A DNA stretch of 61,628 nt, from assembly GCA_900316035.1 (NCBI GenBank), contig ONBI01000003.1:1-61628 (forward strand), given 5' to 3'. The notes under the pieces are model-generated. The model had not been told where the DNA came from and searched no databases. It saw only the letters and a program-made list of their open reading frames with translations. A program made the position numbers and the translations under genes. Source of the stretch: an uncultured Eubacteriales bacterium. Its GTDB lineage: Bacteria; Bacillota_I; Bacilli_A; RFN20; CAG-288. Numbering within the stretch: the stretch's first letter is position 1; each line of letters starts with the position of its first letter. Below are positions 46,302-56,380 of this stretch, one piece after another.

Positions 46302-47159
46302 CTAGTCCGAGAAAGCGATAGGCGCAAAAACCGTGTAACCGATGATGATGGTACCTCTCTTGGTAATGTAATCCCAGGAGGAAGTATCTTCTTTCTCCGC
46401 GGAAGAGGTATCCGTATCCGGTTTTACAAGATCGTTGGTAAGACCGTATTTCTTGGCGATATCCGCCGTGGTGCCATCATTATAAAGAGAAGCGAGCGTC
46501 TCATTGATCTTCCCCATCAGAGCCGTTTCTCCTTTTCTTCCGGCAATACCGTAATATTCGGAATCGAAGGAATACTGCGAAAGAATCTTCAGTTTACCGG
46601 CATAGGAAGAAGAACCGGAGAGATAATAACCGGCCATCACCGAATCGATAATCGCCAAATCGCTGGTTCCGGAAAGGACTTCGGTAAGAGCGTTCGTCTG
46701 CGCCGAAAGCGGAGTCGAAGTAGAACCGGAGAACATCGCATTGCCGTTAAAAGCATCCTCGCCGGCGCTCCCCTGTTCAAAGGCAACTTTATAGTTATCA
46801 TCGGAAGTGATTTCACTATCCGAGAAACTTGCCTTCGCAACTAAAACCTGAGAGTTCGTCATATAGGGCATAGAAATCTCCATGCTCTCTTTTCTTTCCG
46901 AGGTGATCGTAAGACCGTTCCAGATGAGGTCGATCTGTTTGGCGGAGAGTTCTGTCTCCTTCTGTTCCCAGACGATTTCCTGGAAGATAGGAGTAATACC
47001 CAACTGCTTGAAAGTAGCTTTGGCTAAGTCGATATCAAAACCTTTCAGGGTAGGATAATTATCGACATAGCCCGAAGCCGCGGAAGTTTTCCCCGTCGAG
47101 CAACCGGCAAGAAGAGAAAGCGAGGCGAAGACAAGAATCATTGTTTTAGTGTTTTTCAT
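46302..47159 (-). CDS. Amino acid-binding lipoprotein (SBP family 3), apparently circularly permuted
   Basis: Lipobox LLAGC; GFDIDLA, IDLIWNGLTIT.ER, E.YGIA.RK. Confidence 0.9.
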   Translation of the reverse strand: MKNTKTMILVFASLSLLAGCSTGKTSAASGYVDNYPTLKGFDIDLAKATFKQLGITPIFQEIVWEQKETELSAKQIDLIWNGLTITSERKESMEISMPYMTNSQVLVAKASFSDSEITSDDNYKVAFEQGSAGEDAFNGNAMFSGSTSTPLSAQTNALTEVLSGTSDLAIIDSVMAGYYLSGSSSYAGKLKILSQYSFDSEYYGIAGRKGETALMGKINETLASLYNDGTTADIAKKYGLTNDLVKPDTDTSSAEKEDTSSWDYITKRGTIIIGYTVFAPIAFSD

Positions 47160-47173
47160 GTGTTTCCGTTTCC

Positions 47174-47243
47174 TTTAGTTGACTAAAATCTTGCAGTATT
47201 ATATTTTAGTCGACTAAAATTGTCAATCCTTTAGTGCACTAAA
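47174..47243 (-). promoter_or_regulatory. sigmaA promoter overlaid by three palindromic operators
   Basis: TTGACA (47221-47226) N17 TATAAT (47198-47203); TTTAG-N4-CTAAA boxes at 47174, 47205 and 47230. Confidence 0.85.
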
Positions 47244-47352
47244 ATTTCATTTTCTTATTTTGCCTTATTTATGGTCTTTTCCTGATCCACTGAAAAAGCC
47301 TCCCGTGGATCAAGGTTTTTCTTTCTCCACCGAGAGGCTCTATTTCTATCTT

Positions 47353-48705
47353 TTATCTGCTCTTATTCATCCCGGACATCATCGCCTGCATCGCATAAGG
47401 ATTCTTCCCCATCGACTTCATCTGTTTCTGCATAAGGACGAAGTTATCGCAGAGCTGAGTGACATCCTTCGGCTGAACACCAGCACCTTTGGCAATACGG
47501 ATCTTGCGGGAAGTCTTGATGATCTCCGGTTTCTTACGCTCTTCTCTGGTCATCGAATGGATGATGACTTCGGTCTTCTTGAGCATCGCATTCGCCTGAT
47601 CGATCTGTTCATCGCTGATCTTCGGCATATTCGGAAGCATACGTAAAATGCTCTTCAACGGTCCCATCTTATTCATCTGCTTCATGACCGAGAGCATATC
47701 GTTAAGATCGAACTGGCCCTGTTGGAGACGGCGGGAAGTCTTCTGCGCCTGTTTCTCATCGATCTTCTCCTGCATCTCCTCAACCAGAGAGACGATATCT
47801 CCCATACCGAGGATACGGTCTGCCATTCTCTCCGGATGGAAGTTCTGGAAATCGGTGACTTTTTCACCGACACCGGCATACTTGATAGGAATGCCGGTGA
47901 GTTTCTTAATCGAAAGAGCGGCACCGCCACGGGAATCGCCATCGAGTTTTGTCATGACGATACCGGTGATCTTGATCTCTTTGGCAAAGGCCAAAGCGAC
48001 ATTGGTCGCATTCTGACCGGCTAAAGCATCGACGGTGAGCAAGGTTTCATCGCAGGGTACACGGGCTTGGATATCCTTGAGCTCCTGCATCAGCTTCGTA
48101 TCGATTTCCAAGCGACCGGCGGTATCGAGGATGAGGATATCGTATTTCTCCGCAACGGCTTTGTTATAGGCGGCAAAGGCGATCTGCGGAACCGGGGTAC
48201 CGCTGCGGTCGGAATAAGTCGGAACCGGAGGTTCACACTTAAGGCCGAGGTTCGTCAACTGGTCGATAGCGGCCGGACGATAGACATCGAGGGCACCGAA
48301 AAGGACTTTCTTGTGGTTCTTCGTTTCAAAGAGCTGTGCAAGTTTCGCGGCGCTTGTGGTTTTACCGGTACCCTGAAGGCCGACCATCAGAATGACCGTC
48401 GGTTTTCCGTCCATACGGAAGGCGATATCGTTGTTGCCATCTCCGAGGAGCTTGACCATCTTGTCATGGACGATCTTGACGACCATGTCGCCCGGAGAGA
48501 CTTTGGAAAGAACCTTTTGACCGATTGCTTCTTCTTTGACTTCACCGATGAAGTCGTTGACGACATCGTAATTGACATCGGCTTCCAGCAATGCTTTCCT
48601 TACTTCGGAAAGCATTTCATCCATATTCTTTTCCGTCAAGGTCGCTTGGCCGCGGATCTTCCGGAATATACCGCTAAGGCGGTCGCTGAGGCTTTCAAAT
48701 GCCAT
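47353..48705 (-). CDS. ffh: Signal recognition particle protein
   Basis: GLQGTGKTT, DTAGR, TKLDGDSRGG, RILGMGD, M-domain. Confidence 0.99.
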   Translation of the reverse strand: MAFESLSDRLSGIFRKIRGQATLTEKNMDEMLSEVRKALLEADVNYDVVNDFIGEVKEEAIGQKVLSKVSPGDMVVKIVHDKMVKLLGDGNNDIAFRMDGKPTVILMVGLQGTGKTTSAAKLAQLFETKNHKKVLFGALDVYRPAAIDQLTNLGLKCEPPVPTYSDRSGTPVPQIAFAAYNKAVAEKYDILILDTAGRLEIDTKLMQELKDIQARVPCDETLLTVDALAGQNATNVALAFAKEIKITGIVMTKLDGDSRGGAALSIKKLTGIPIKYAGVGEKVTDFQNFHPERMADRILGMGDIVSLVEEMQEKIDEKQAQKTSRRLQQGQFDLNDMLSVMKQMNKMGPLKSILRMLPNMPKISDEQIDQANAMLKKTEVIIHSMTREERKKPEIIKTSRKIRIAKGAGVQPKDVTQLCDNFVLMQKQMKSMGKNPYAMQAMMSGMNKSR

Positions 48706-49042
48706 GGTGGAATTCTCCTTTCATTGCTTCACAGATTCTTTTTTTCTCTTCTTCGGAAGCGCTCTTCTCGAGCTTGTCGATCTGGTCGAGCAATCTCTGA
48801 TTCCGTTTATAAAGATGTAATTTATCTTCGTATTTGAATAACAGCTTCTCTCCGGAGAGAAGAGATTCATAGACGGCGTTACGGCTTACTTTCTCATTGT
48901 AGGCGATTTCCCCTAGGGAATAGTCTTCAAAGTAGAAAGCTTCCATTCTTCTCCGGACGTTTTCGGTAAGTAGTCCTCCATAAAGAGAAAGCAGTTCCCC
49001 GATATAGGCTTTCTCTTCGATTTTCTCTTCGCTAAGCTCCAT
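48695..49042 (-). CDS. ylxM: YlxM-family protein
   Basis: YG.LLT....DYSLGEIA....VSRNAVY..YEDKL; upstream of ffh. Confidence 0.9.
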   Translation of the reverse strand: MELSEEKIEEKAYIGELLSLYGGLLTENVRRRMEAFYFEDYSLGEIAYNEKVSRNAVYESLLSGEKLLFKYEDKLHLYKRNQRLLDQIDKLEKSASEEEKKRICEAMKGEFHHGI

Positions 49043-49304
49043 AGGCTAAACGCATCAGTAAGAAATAAAGAAGATCGAAAAGGAGGAAGACAATCGCACA
49101 GACTAAGAAGCGGACCCAGAAACCGTAGGAGCGGTAGAAATGCGCTCTGTCGGGTTCCTGAATGATTGCGAAGATGAAGGAGAGAATCACCGAGGTGACA
49201 ATCTCCGCGATGTAGTAGTTCGGAATCAAGGCCTGGCAGACAATCGAAACGATGGAATTGAGGAAGAAGATCACCAGCAACCAGATCAAGAAAGAACGGG
49301 TCAT
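49032..49304 (-). CDS. Small three-TM membrane protein
   Basis: Three hydrophobic segments; overlaps both ftsY and ylxM. Confidence 0.7.
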   Translation of the reverse strand: MTRSFLIWLLVIFFLNSIVSIVCQALIPNYYIAEIVTSVILSFIFAIIQEPDRAHFYRSYGFWVRFLVCAIVFLLFDLLYFLLMRLAYGA

Positions 49305-50395
49305 GCTTTCTCCTCCTCTTCGTCACCGACTAAAAGGCCATAAAGATACTTATCGAGATCGAACTCTTCGAGATCATCCATCTTCTCGCCTAGCCCGATG
49401 AACTTGACCGGTAAGGAGAGACGGTCACGAATCGATAAGAGAATACCGCCTTTCGAGGTGCCATCCATCTTGGTGATGATGATACCCGTAAGCGGGACCG
49501 CCTCCTTGAAAACCATCGCCTGGTCGATACCGTTCTGACCGGTGTTGGCATCGAGGATGAGAAGACATTCGTGCGGTGCCTCCGGAATGACTTTCTTGAT
49601 GACACGGATCATCTTGGAAAGCTCATCCATGAGCCCCTTCTTGTTCTGCAATCTTCCGGCGGTATCGATAAAGACGATATCGTAATGTTCGTTCTGCGCT
49701 TTCTTCATCGCATCGAAACAGAGAGATGCGGGATCGGCATTCGGATGGGAGAGGATATCGACACCGACTTTCTCCGCCCAGAAAGTGAGCTGTTCGACCG
49801 CACCGGCACGGAAAGTATCGCCGGCGACAAGAAGAACTTTCATGCCTTTTTCTTTGTACTTATGGGCAAGTTTTGCGACCGTCGTCGTCTTTCCGGTGCC
49901 GTTGACACCGCAGAGGAAGATGACGCTCGGTCCTTCTTTTGCTAACGTGAGTTCGGTCGAGAAGGAGCCGCCTTTATTGGCGTAAGAAACAAACATCTTA
50001 TCGATGAGAAGGTCGTTGAGTTCTTTCGGATCGGTGATCTTCTTCGCACTGGCTTCCTTCGCCGCTTCCCTGATCAGTTCCAGAGATAAAGAGACACCGA
50101 CATCGGCCTCGATCAGGATTCGCTCAAGAGAATCGAAGTATTCCTGATTGACGACTTTGTTGCTTTTGGCAAGCTTGTTGAGACGGTCGGTAAAACCGAC
50201 GCGGGATTTATCGAGTCCGGCGACGTATTTATCCTCGATCTCTTTTTCGCTCTCCTTATTGACCGGTTTACTTTCTTCCTTCGTTTTTTCTTCGGGAGCA
50301 GGAGCTGGAGCAACTACTTCTTTTGGAGCAGCTTCTTCTTTCTTCTCCTCTTTCCGATGAGCGAACTTCTGTTTCAGAAAATTGATAAGACCCAT
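49301..50395 (-). CDS. ftsY: SRP receptor FtsY
   Basis: GVNGTGKTTT, DTFRAGA, DTAGRL, TKMDGTSKGG. Confidence 0.99.
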   Translation of the reverse strand: MGLINFLKQKFAHRKEEKKEEAAPKEVVAPAPAPEEKTKEESKPVNKESEKEIEDKYVAGLDKSRVGFTDRLNKLAKSNKVVNQEYFDSLERILIEADVGVSLSLELIREAAKEASAKKITDPKELNDLLIDKMFVSYANKGGSFSTELTLAKEGPSVIFLCGVNGTGKTTTVAKLAHKYKEKGMKVLLVAGDTFRAGAVEQLTFWAEKVGVDILSHPNADPASLCFDAMKKAQNEHYDIVFIDTAGRLQNKKGLMDELSKMIRVIKKVIPEAPHECLLILDANTGQNGIDQAMVFKEAVPLTGIIITKMDGTSKGGILLSIRDRLSLPVKFIGLGEKMDDLEEFDLDKYLYGLLVGDEEEEKA

Positions 50396-50397
50396 GA

Positions 50398-51081
50398 TTA
50401 CATTCCTACTTTCTTGCTGAGCGCATCTTTGGCGGCTGCGATTTCCGCCTCTTTGGTATTATGGCCTTGGCCTTTTCCTAAAACGACATCGCCAAGCCTC
50501 GCTTCGACCGTAAAACAGACATTCTCCGAAAGGAGATTCTCTTCCTTGACGACCTGATAAGTGACGTTAGCTCCTTTGAGGACTTCCTGAAGGCGGCTTT
50601 TATAATCTCTTTCCAAAGACATCTGACTGGCGTCTTCCAATAAGGGAGTATAAATCGAAACAAGCAGTTTCCGGACAAAGTCATAGCCCTGATCGAGATA
50701 GACCGCTCCGATAAAGGATTCGAAGACATCTTCATCGATATGTTTATGGAATTTGGTGTTGTTCTTCTCTCCTTCCGAATAACGGACCAGAGAAGCAAAA
50801 CCGAAACGGTTCTCCGAAAAATCGGTCAGTGTCTTTCCTTCGACTAAAGCAGCTCTGCGTTTCGAAAGGACGCCGGAATTGGCTTTGCTATCGGCTTGAT
50901 AGACCATGTCTCCGACAACCATATCGAGAATCGAATCCCCTAAGAATTCCAGCCGATCGTAGCTCGGGCAATCCTTATGTTCGTTGGTATAGGAAGCATG
51001 GGTAAAAGCCTGCTCATAAAGAGCGATATCATGCGGAACGATAGAGAACTGTGCTAAGACTTTCTCTAAACCCTCAATCAT
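50398..51081 (-). CDS. rnc: Ribonuclease III
   Basis: THASY, RLEFLGDS, DVFESFIGA, dsRBD DYKSRLQE; start uncertain. Confidence 0.96.
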   Translation of the reverse strand: MIEGLEKVLAQFSIVPHDIALYEQAFTHASYTNEHKDCPSYDRLEFLGDSILDMVVGDMVYQADSKANSGVLSKRRAALVEGKTLTDFSENRFGFASLVRYSEGEKNNTKFHKHIDEDVFESFIGAVYLDQGYDFVRKLLVSIYTPLLEDASQMSLERDYKSRLQEVLKGANVTYQVVKEENLLSENVCFTVEARLGDVVLGKGQGHNTKEAEIAAAKDALSKKVGM

Positions 51082-52084
51082 GGTTTTCACTAGCCGAAGC
51101 AAAAGCTTCCTTCACTTTCTTCACGACCTGTTTCTCAATCATCCTATCGACCACCTTCAAAGCGCAATAGAAAGCTAAAGGATCAGAATTGCCGTGTGCT
51201 TTTACCGCTAAGCCGTTGATACCTAAAAGAATAGCTCCCCCGTACTGACGGTAATTCATCGTCTCTTTCATCTTGGCAAACCCTTTGTGGGCGAAAAGAT
51301 AGCCGATCTTGGTGAAGAAGTTATGCTTGAAGGCTTCCTTGATCAGATCGTTCATGTTCTTACCCATACCTTCGGTTGCCTTAAGGAAGATGTTTCCGGC
51401 ATAACCGGGGGTAACTAAGATATCGTGGGTACCATCCAAAGCATCTCTTGCTTCGACATTTCCTTTAAAACCGGGAACCTTATTTTCTTTTAATAACTTA
51501 TAGGCACCGACTACTTCTTCGGTTCCTTTTCCTTCCTCGGTACCATTGGAAAGAAGATAAAGAGAAGGATTCTCACTTCCGAAAACCGCCTGATGATAGA
51601 TTCTTCCCATCAAGGCGAACTGATAGACTTCTTCCGCCGTGTTGTAGTTATTGGCTCCGACATCCAATACAACGGCCGGAACATTGAGCTTCTTCGTTGG
51701 GAAAGGCGTACATAAAGCCGCGCGATCCACGCCTTCGATATTGCGAAGAAGAATCGTAGCACCGGTGACAAAACCACCGGTCGAACCGGCGGTCAGAACA
51801 CCATCTGCTTTTCCTTCCTTGACCGCAAGAATCGCCTGATACATCGAAGAGGTTCTCGCTCTTAAAAACTCAAGAGGTTTAATCTCCATCGGGATGACGG
51901 TATCGGTCGGTTCGATTTCATACCGGCTTTTCTCGACGTCAGCAAAAAGAGGTTTCAGTTCTGCTTTATCTCCGAAAAGAAGGACTTTCGTATCCGGCTT
52001 TTCTTTGAGATAACGTTTGATACCTTCGGCTAAGGCAGCAGGACCGTTATCGGAACCCATCATATCGATTGCAATGGTAAACAT
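51074..52084 (-). CDS. plsX: Phosphate acyltransferase PlsX
   Basis: IAIDMMGSDNGP, LDVGAN, NGTEEGKG, KAHG.S. Confidence 0.96.
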   Translation of the reverse strand: MFTIAIDMMGSDNGPAALAEGIKRYLKEKPDTKVLLFGDKAELKPLFADVEKSRYEIEPTDTVIPMEIKPLEFLRARTSSMYQAILAVKEGKADGVLTAGSTGGFVTGATILLRNIEGVDRAALCTPFPTKKLNVPAVVLDVGANNYNTAEEVYQFALMGRIYHQAVFGSENPSLYLLSNGTEEGKGTEEVVGAYKLLKENKVPGFKGNVEARDALDGTHDILVTPGYAGNIFLKATEGMGKNMNDLIKEAFKHNFFTKIGYLFAHKGFAKMKETMNYRQYGGAILLGINGLAVKAHGNSDPLAFYCALKVVDRMIEKQVVKKVKEAFASASENHD

Positions 52085-52173
52085 GGGAAAACCTCCATCA
52101 AAAAGAGAAAACAGCTAACGAATATAATAACAGATAAAACTCCCTGAAGAAACAAGGTTTCAAGCTCTCTTCC

Positions 52174-54144
52174 TCATGCCAGATTGATTTCTTTATCGAG
52201 GTCGAGGGAATGAAGATAAGCGGCATTATCCCTGTCTCCGGGATTTGCCAGAATCTCTTTAGCATCTTCTCTTGCGGTCTGGAAAACGTTGAGATCCGAA
52301 ACGAAGTTGGCAACCTTCAGTTCACTCTTACCGCTCTGATTCGTTCCCCCGTAGGAACCACTGCCGCGCTGACGGAGATCAAATTCCGAAATCTTCAGTC
52401 CGTCATCGGAATGGACCAGGGTATCGAGTTTCTCTATCGCGTCTTTCTCTTCTCCGTCATAGACAAGAAGAGCCAGAGCGAATTCTCCACTTCTTCCGAT
52501 ACGTCCACGGAGCTGATGAAGAGTCGATAGACCGAAGTAATTGGCATCGTAAACAATCAATAAAGCAGCCGAAGAAACATCGATACCGACCTGGATGACC
52601 GTGGTCGATACCAGGATCGGTTTTTCTCCCGAAGTGAAGGCATCGATGGTCTTCTCCTGCTCCTCTTTCTTGATCCTACCATGGAGAAGAAGACATTTTC
52701 CCGGATAATGTTCCTCCATATCCTGATAGACGCTTTCGGCAGAGGAAGGCCCTTTCTCGGCATCCGAAATCTTCGGAGCGACAATGAAGACCTGGCGCTT
52801 TGCCGCTAAAGCTTTTTCCACCGCCTTATGAAGAAGAGGATCTTTCGAGGTGATGCGGAGAGTCCTTACATTTCTTTTTCCGTGCGGGAACTCGTTTAAG
52901 GTCGAAACCCTCACATCTCCGTTGATGATCTGGGATAAGGTACGGGGAATCGGAGTAGCCGACATCATCAGTACGTCGGTTCCTTTTCCTTTCGCTAACA
53001 GCTCTTCTCTCTGCTCTACCCCGAAAAGCTGCTGTTCATCGATGATCGATAAACCAAGATCATCGAAAACAACATCGGAAGAGAAAGCAGCATGGGTCGC
53101 AATCAGAATATCGACCTCCCCTTTCTGTATCGATTCCAGAGCTTTCTTCTTTCCTTGGGAGGCTCCGGCTAAGAAACCGATCTTGATCGGATAGGAAGCA
53201 AACACCTTCAAAGCGTTGTTGTAATGCTGTAAGGCAAGTTCATAGGTAGGGGCCATCAAAACACCTTGCTTCTTCCTCAGCCAGTTAGCATAAAGCGCCG
53301 CAAAAGCGACGATCGTCTTTCCAGTTCCGACATCGCCCTGAAGAAGGCGGAACATGACCGTATCGCTTTCTAAATCGAGGACGATTTCCTTGATCGAAAG
53401 AAGCTGATCATGGGTCAGTTTATAAGGTAGGTTCTTGACGAACTTATTGATGAGATTGTGGTCGATGCTATAGGGGCTTCTTTTTCTTTCATCCGCCTGT
53501 TTCTTCAAGGAAAGAGAACGGATGCAGTAAGAAAGAGCTTCTTCATACTTAAAAACACGTAAACCCTGATAAAGGTCTTTTTCATCCCGTGGAAGGTGGA
53601 CACAGCGGAAAGCATCGTATTCATTGATGAGGCGGTACTTTTCCACAAGCCGTGGAGGAAGAGGAGAAACGATATAGCTTGCTTCTTTCGGATAGGAAAG
53701 AAGCTTCCTTAGGACCGAAGTGAAGTAGGATGGAGAAACACCTTTCGGAAGCGTGTAGACAGGTCGAAGACCTGTCATCACATAATAGGAATCCAAGTCA
53801 TGCAACGAATGGATCACAAAGGCGTTCCTTGCCAAGGAATAATACGCGACAAAAAGCATCTCTTTTCCGACCGAGAGCTTACTCAGATAGAAAGGCTGGT
53901 TGAATAAGACACACGAAAGAGGTTCTCCTCCGAAAAGAGAGACTTTGAAACGGATGATGGAGGTGCCTCTGGGGTTGATAGCCTTCAAAGAGGTGATTTT
54001 TCCTTTGAAGACATAGCGTTCCTTATCTTTGGGAGCAGCAGGGATAGGCGTGACATGGAGATCTTCGTAGCGGGAAGGAAAATGGCGGAGAAGATCTTCT
54101 TCGTTATTTGCCCCTAAGGCCTGATAGAGCTCGCGTTGGTTCAT
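52174..54144 (-). CDS. recG: ATP-dependent DNA helicase RecG
   Basis: RLLQGDVGTGKT, IDEQ, MSATPIPR, LHQLRGRIGR. Confidence 0.96.
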   Translation of the reverse strand: MNQRELYQALGANNEEDLLRHFPSRYEDLHVTPIPAAPKDKERYVFKGKITSLKAINPRGTSIIRFKVSLFGGEPLSCVLFNQPFYLSKLSVGKEMLFVAYYSLARNAFVIHSLHDLDSYYVMTGLRPVYTLPKGVSPSYFTSVLRKLLSYPKEASYIVSPLPPRLVEKYRLINEYDAFRCVHLPRDEKDLYQGLRVFKYEEALSYCIRSLSLKKQADERKRSPYSIDHNLINKFVKNLPYKLTHDQLLSIKEIVLDLESDTVMFRLLQGDVGTGKTIVAFAALYANWLRKKQGVLMAPTYELALQHYNNALKVFASYPIKIGFLAGASQGKKKALESIQKGEVDILIATHAAFSSDVVFDDLGLSIIDEQQLFGVEQREELLAKGKGTDVLMMSATPIPRTLSQIINGDVRVSTLNEFPHGKRNVRTLRITSKDPLLHKAVEKALAAKRQVFIVAPKISDAEKGPSSAESVYQDMEEHYPGKCLLLHGRIKKEEQEKTIDAFTSGEKPILVSTTVIQVGIDVSSAALLIVYDANYFGLSTLHQLRGRIGRSGEFALALLVYDGEEKDAIEKLDTLVHSDDGLKISEFDLRQRGSGSYGGTNQSGKSELKVANFVSDLNVFQTAREDAKEILANPGDRDNAAYLHSLDLDKEINLA

Positions 54145-54162
54145 GGTTTTATTATATCGGAA

Positions 54163-54191
54163 AAGCGCCCCTCTGACACGGAAGGGCGCTT
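54163..54191 (-). terminator. Hairpin/terminator after fakA
   Basis: AAGCGCCC..GGGCGCTT with T-tail on the minus strand. Confidence 0.65.
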
Positions 54192-54201
54192 CTTAGTTAG
54201 G

Positions 54202-56001
54202 TTATTCGACCGAGACGAAGAAGGAATAGACGGGCTGATTTCCGTAGTTGACATCGATTTCGAAGTCATCGCCGTACTTCTCGCTGACTTTACCCTCGAC
54301 TTCTTCCTTCTCTTCCGCCGTCACATCTTCGCCGCAGATGATGGTGATCAGAGAAGAATCGCTATCGACCATCTTCTCCAGTAACTCCATCAGCGTATTG
54401 ATCTTATGTTTATGGCAGCAGAGGATTTTCTTTCCCATGATGCCCATGAACTGATCCTTATTGACGGTCACACCATCGATGGTCGTATCCTTGATGGCGT
54501 AAGTGATCTCACCAGATTTCACACCCTGGATGCTCTCCTCCATCATCTTGACGTTCTCTTCTAGAGAGACATCCGGATTGAAGACCATGCAAGCGGTAAG
54601 ACCCTGCGGAATCGTCTTGGTAGGAACAACCGCAACATGAGCGATATCCTTGGTGAGTTCGGCAGCCTGAGAGCAGGCCATTACGATATTGCCGTTATTC
54701 GGGAATAAAAGAACGTTTTCGGCATTGACCTCTTTGATGGCATTGACGAAATCGGCAGTCGAAGGATTCATCGTCTGTCCACCGGAGACGATATAGGTGA
54801 CATTGGACTGACGGAACATCTCTTCGATACCTTTACCGACCGCAACCGCAATCAGCGCGAATTTCTGCTTCGGTTTCTTCTCTTCGTCGATACCTAAATG
54901 CTTGGCCTGATCTTCGCCGGATAAGGTCTTATCGGCCTTTAAGGCGACATTGAGCTTTTCGCCGCTATCTTCTTTGCCCTGTTTCTTCTCTTCCGATTCG
55001 AAATCATCGAGAAGCTCTTCGTGCTGCTCCGACATATTGTCGCACTTCATCGTCTTGAACTCGCCGAATTGCTGGGCATAAGTGAAGATGTTACCCGGTT
55101 TCATCGTGTGGATATGGACCTTGACGAGGTCATCGGAATGGATGAAGACGATGGAATTGCCGTGTGCTTCCAGAACGGCCTTGAAACGCTTCTCGTTGAA
55201 GGCTTTCTTGCCCTTGAGATCATTCGGATCGGCAAGCTGAAGAAGGAACTGGGTGCAGTAACCAAACTCCTCATGGGAGAATTTGGCCTGAACGGAACCA
55301 TGGCCTTCGACGGTATCGGCAGTCATCGGTTTACCGGTCGAATAAGGAGCCGTCTTCTCGGTAACGGTGGCCATTTCCTTCTCGACGATCTTATTATGAA
55401 GCGCCAAAGCAAAACCTTCTAAGATCTTGCAAAGACCGGCACCGCCGGAATCGACGACACCGACTTCTTTCAGAACCGGAAGTAAATCCGGCGTATGTTC
55501 CAAGGATTTCTTCGCTGCATCGGAAAGAATATCAAGAGCCTGATCAATCGGCATATCGCGCTCGGCTTTTTCGTATAAAGCAGCGCTGGCTTCACGGATA
55601 ACCGTGAGAATCGTACCTTCGACCGGTCTCATGACAGCTTTATAAGCGACATCTTTTCCGGCGACAAAAGCTTCGGCTAAGCCGATGGCATCGACTTTGT
55701 CCTTACCGGAAAGACTTTCCGCAAAACCGCGGAAAATCTGGGAAAGAATGACACCAGAGTTACCTCTGGCGCCCATGAGAAGACCACGGGCGAAGTCCTT
55801 GGCGACAACACCGATAGAATTTTCGTTCTTATTGAAGACTTCCTTTGCCCCGGAGGACATCGTCAGGTTCATATTGGTTCCGGTATCTCCATCCGGAACC
55901 GGGAAGACGTTGAGGGCATCGACTTCCGGATACGCGTTATAAAGGTTGTTCGATCCGGAAATAATCATCTGCTTTAAAATCACACCATCTATGGTAATCA
56001 T
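54202..56001 (-). CDS. fakA: DAK2-domain fatty acid kinase catalytic subunit (YloV)
   Basis: LNVFPVPDGDTGTNM, GARGNSG, GYCT, GGQTMNPS. Confidence 0.95.
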   Translation of the reverse strand: MITIDGVILKQMIISGSNNLYNAYPEVDALNVFPVPDGDTGTNMNLTMSSGAKEVFNKNENSIGVVAKDFARGLLMGARGNSGVILSQIFRGFAESLSGKDKVDAIGLAEAFVAGKDVAYKAVMRPVEGTILTVIREASAALYEKAERDMPIDQALDILSDAAKKSLEHTPDLLPVLKEVGVVDSGGAGLCKILEGFALALHNKIVEKEMATVTEKTAPYSTGKPMTADTVEGHGSVQAKFSHEEFGYCTQFLLQLADPNDLKGKKAFNEKRFKAVLEAHGNSIVFIHSDDLVKVHIHTMKPGNIFTYAQQFGEFKTMKCDNMSEQHEELLDDFESEEKKQGKEDSGEKLNVALKADKTLSGEDQAKHLGIDEEKKPKQKFALIAVAVGKGIEEMFRQSNVTYIVSGGQTMNPSTADFVNAIKEVNAENVLLFPNNGNIVMACSQAAELTKDIAHVAVVPTKTIPQGLTACMVFNPDVSLEENVKMMEESIQGVKSGEITYAIKDTTIDGVTVNKDQFMGIMGKKILCCHKHKINTLMELLEKMVDSDSSLITIICGEDVTAEEKEEVEGKVSEKYGDDFEIDVNYGNQPVYSFFVSVE

Positions 56002-56029
56002 GGCGAAGAATATTCCTTTCTCAGCAAAA

Positions 56030-56380
56030 CTATTTCAGAGCCTGGACGTAGACGTCAACCACTTTGAAGGGGATGCCGAAATTCTTTTCTAAGACGTAGC
56101 TGACCTGTTTCTGGACTTCGTAACAGACTTCTGCAATCTTGACTCCCTTGCTCAGGACAATATAAAGGGAGACATCGTATCCGCCTTTCACCGACTTGAC
56201 GGAGACACCATCGGCGAAATCCTCTTTCTGGAGGAATTCCGATAAGGGATTGGCGAAGTTCTTCTTGTCAACGAGTCCGACAACACCATAAACGGAACTG
56301 ACTGTGATGCCAGCTAAGTCCGCCACTGCCTGAAGGGAAAAAGAAACCTTTCCGATTTTGTTAGTTTTACCGATGTTCAT
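56030..56380 (-). CDS. Asp23/Gls24-family protein (YloU-like)
   Basis: YGVVG, V.LYIV...GVKIAEV..VQ..V.Y; upstream of fakA. Confidence 0.9.
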   Translation of the reverse strand: MNIGKTNKIGKVSFSLQAVADLAGITVSSVYGVVGLVDKKNFANPLSEFLQKEDFADGVSVKSVKGGYDVSLYIVLSKGVKIAEVCYEVQKQVSYVLEKNFGIPFKVVDVYVQALK

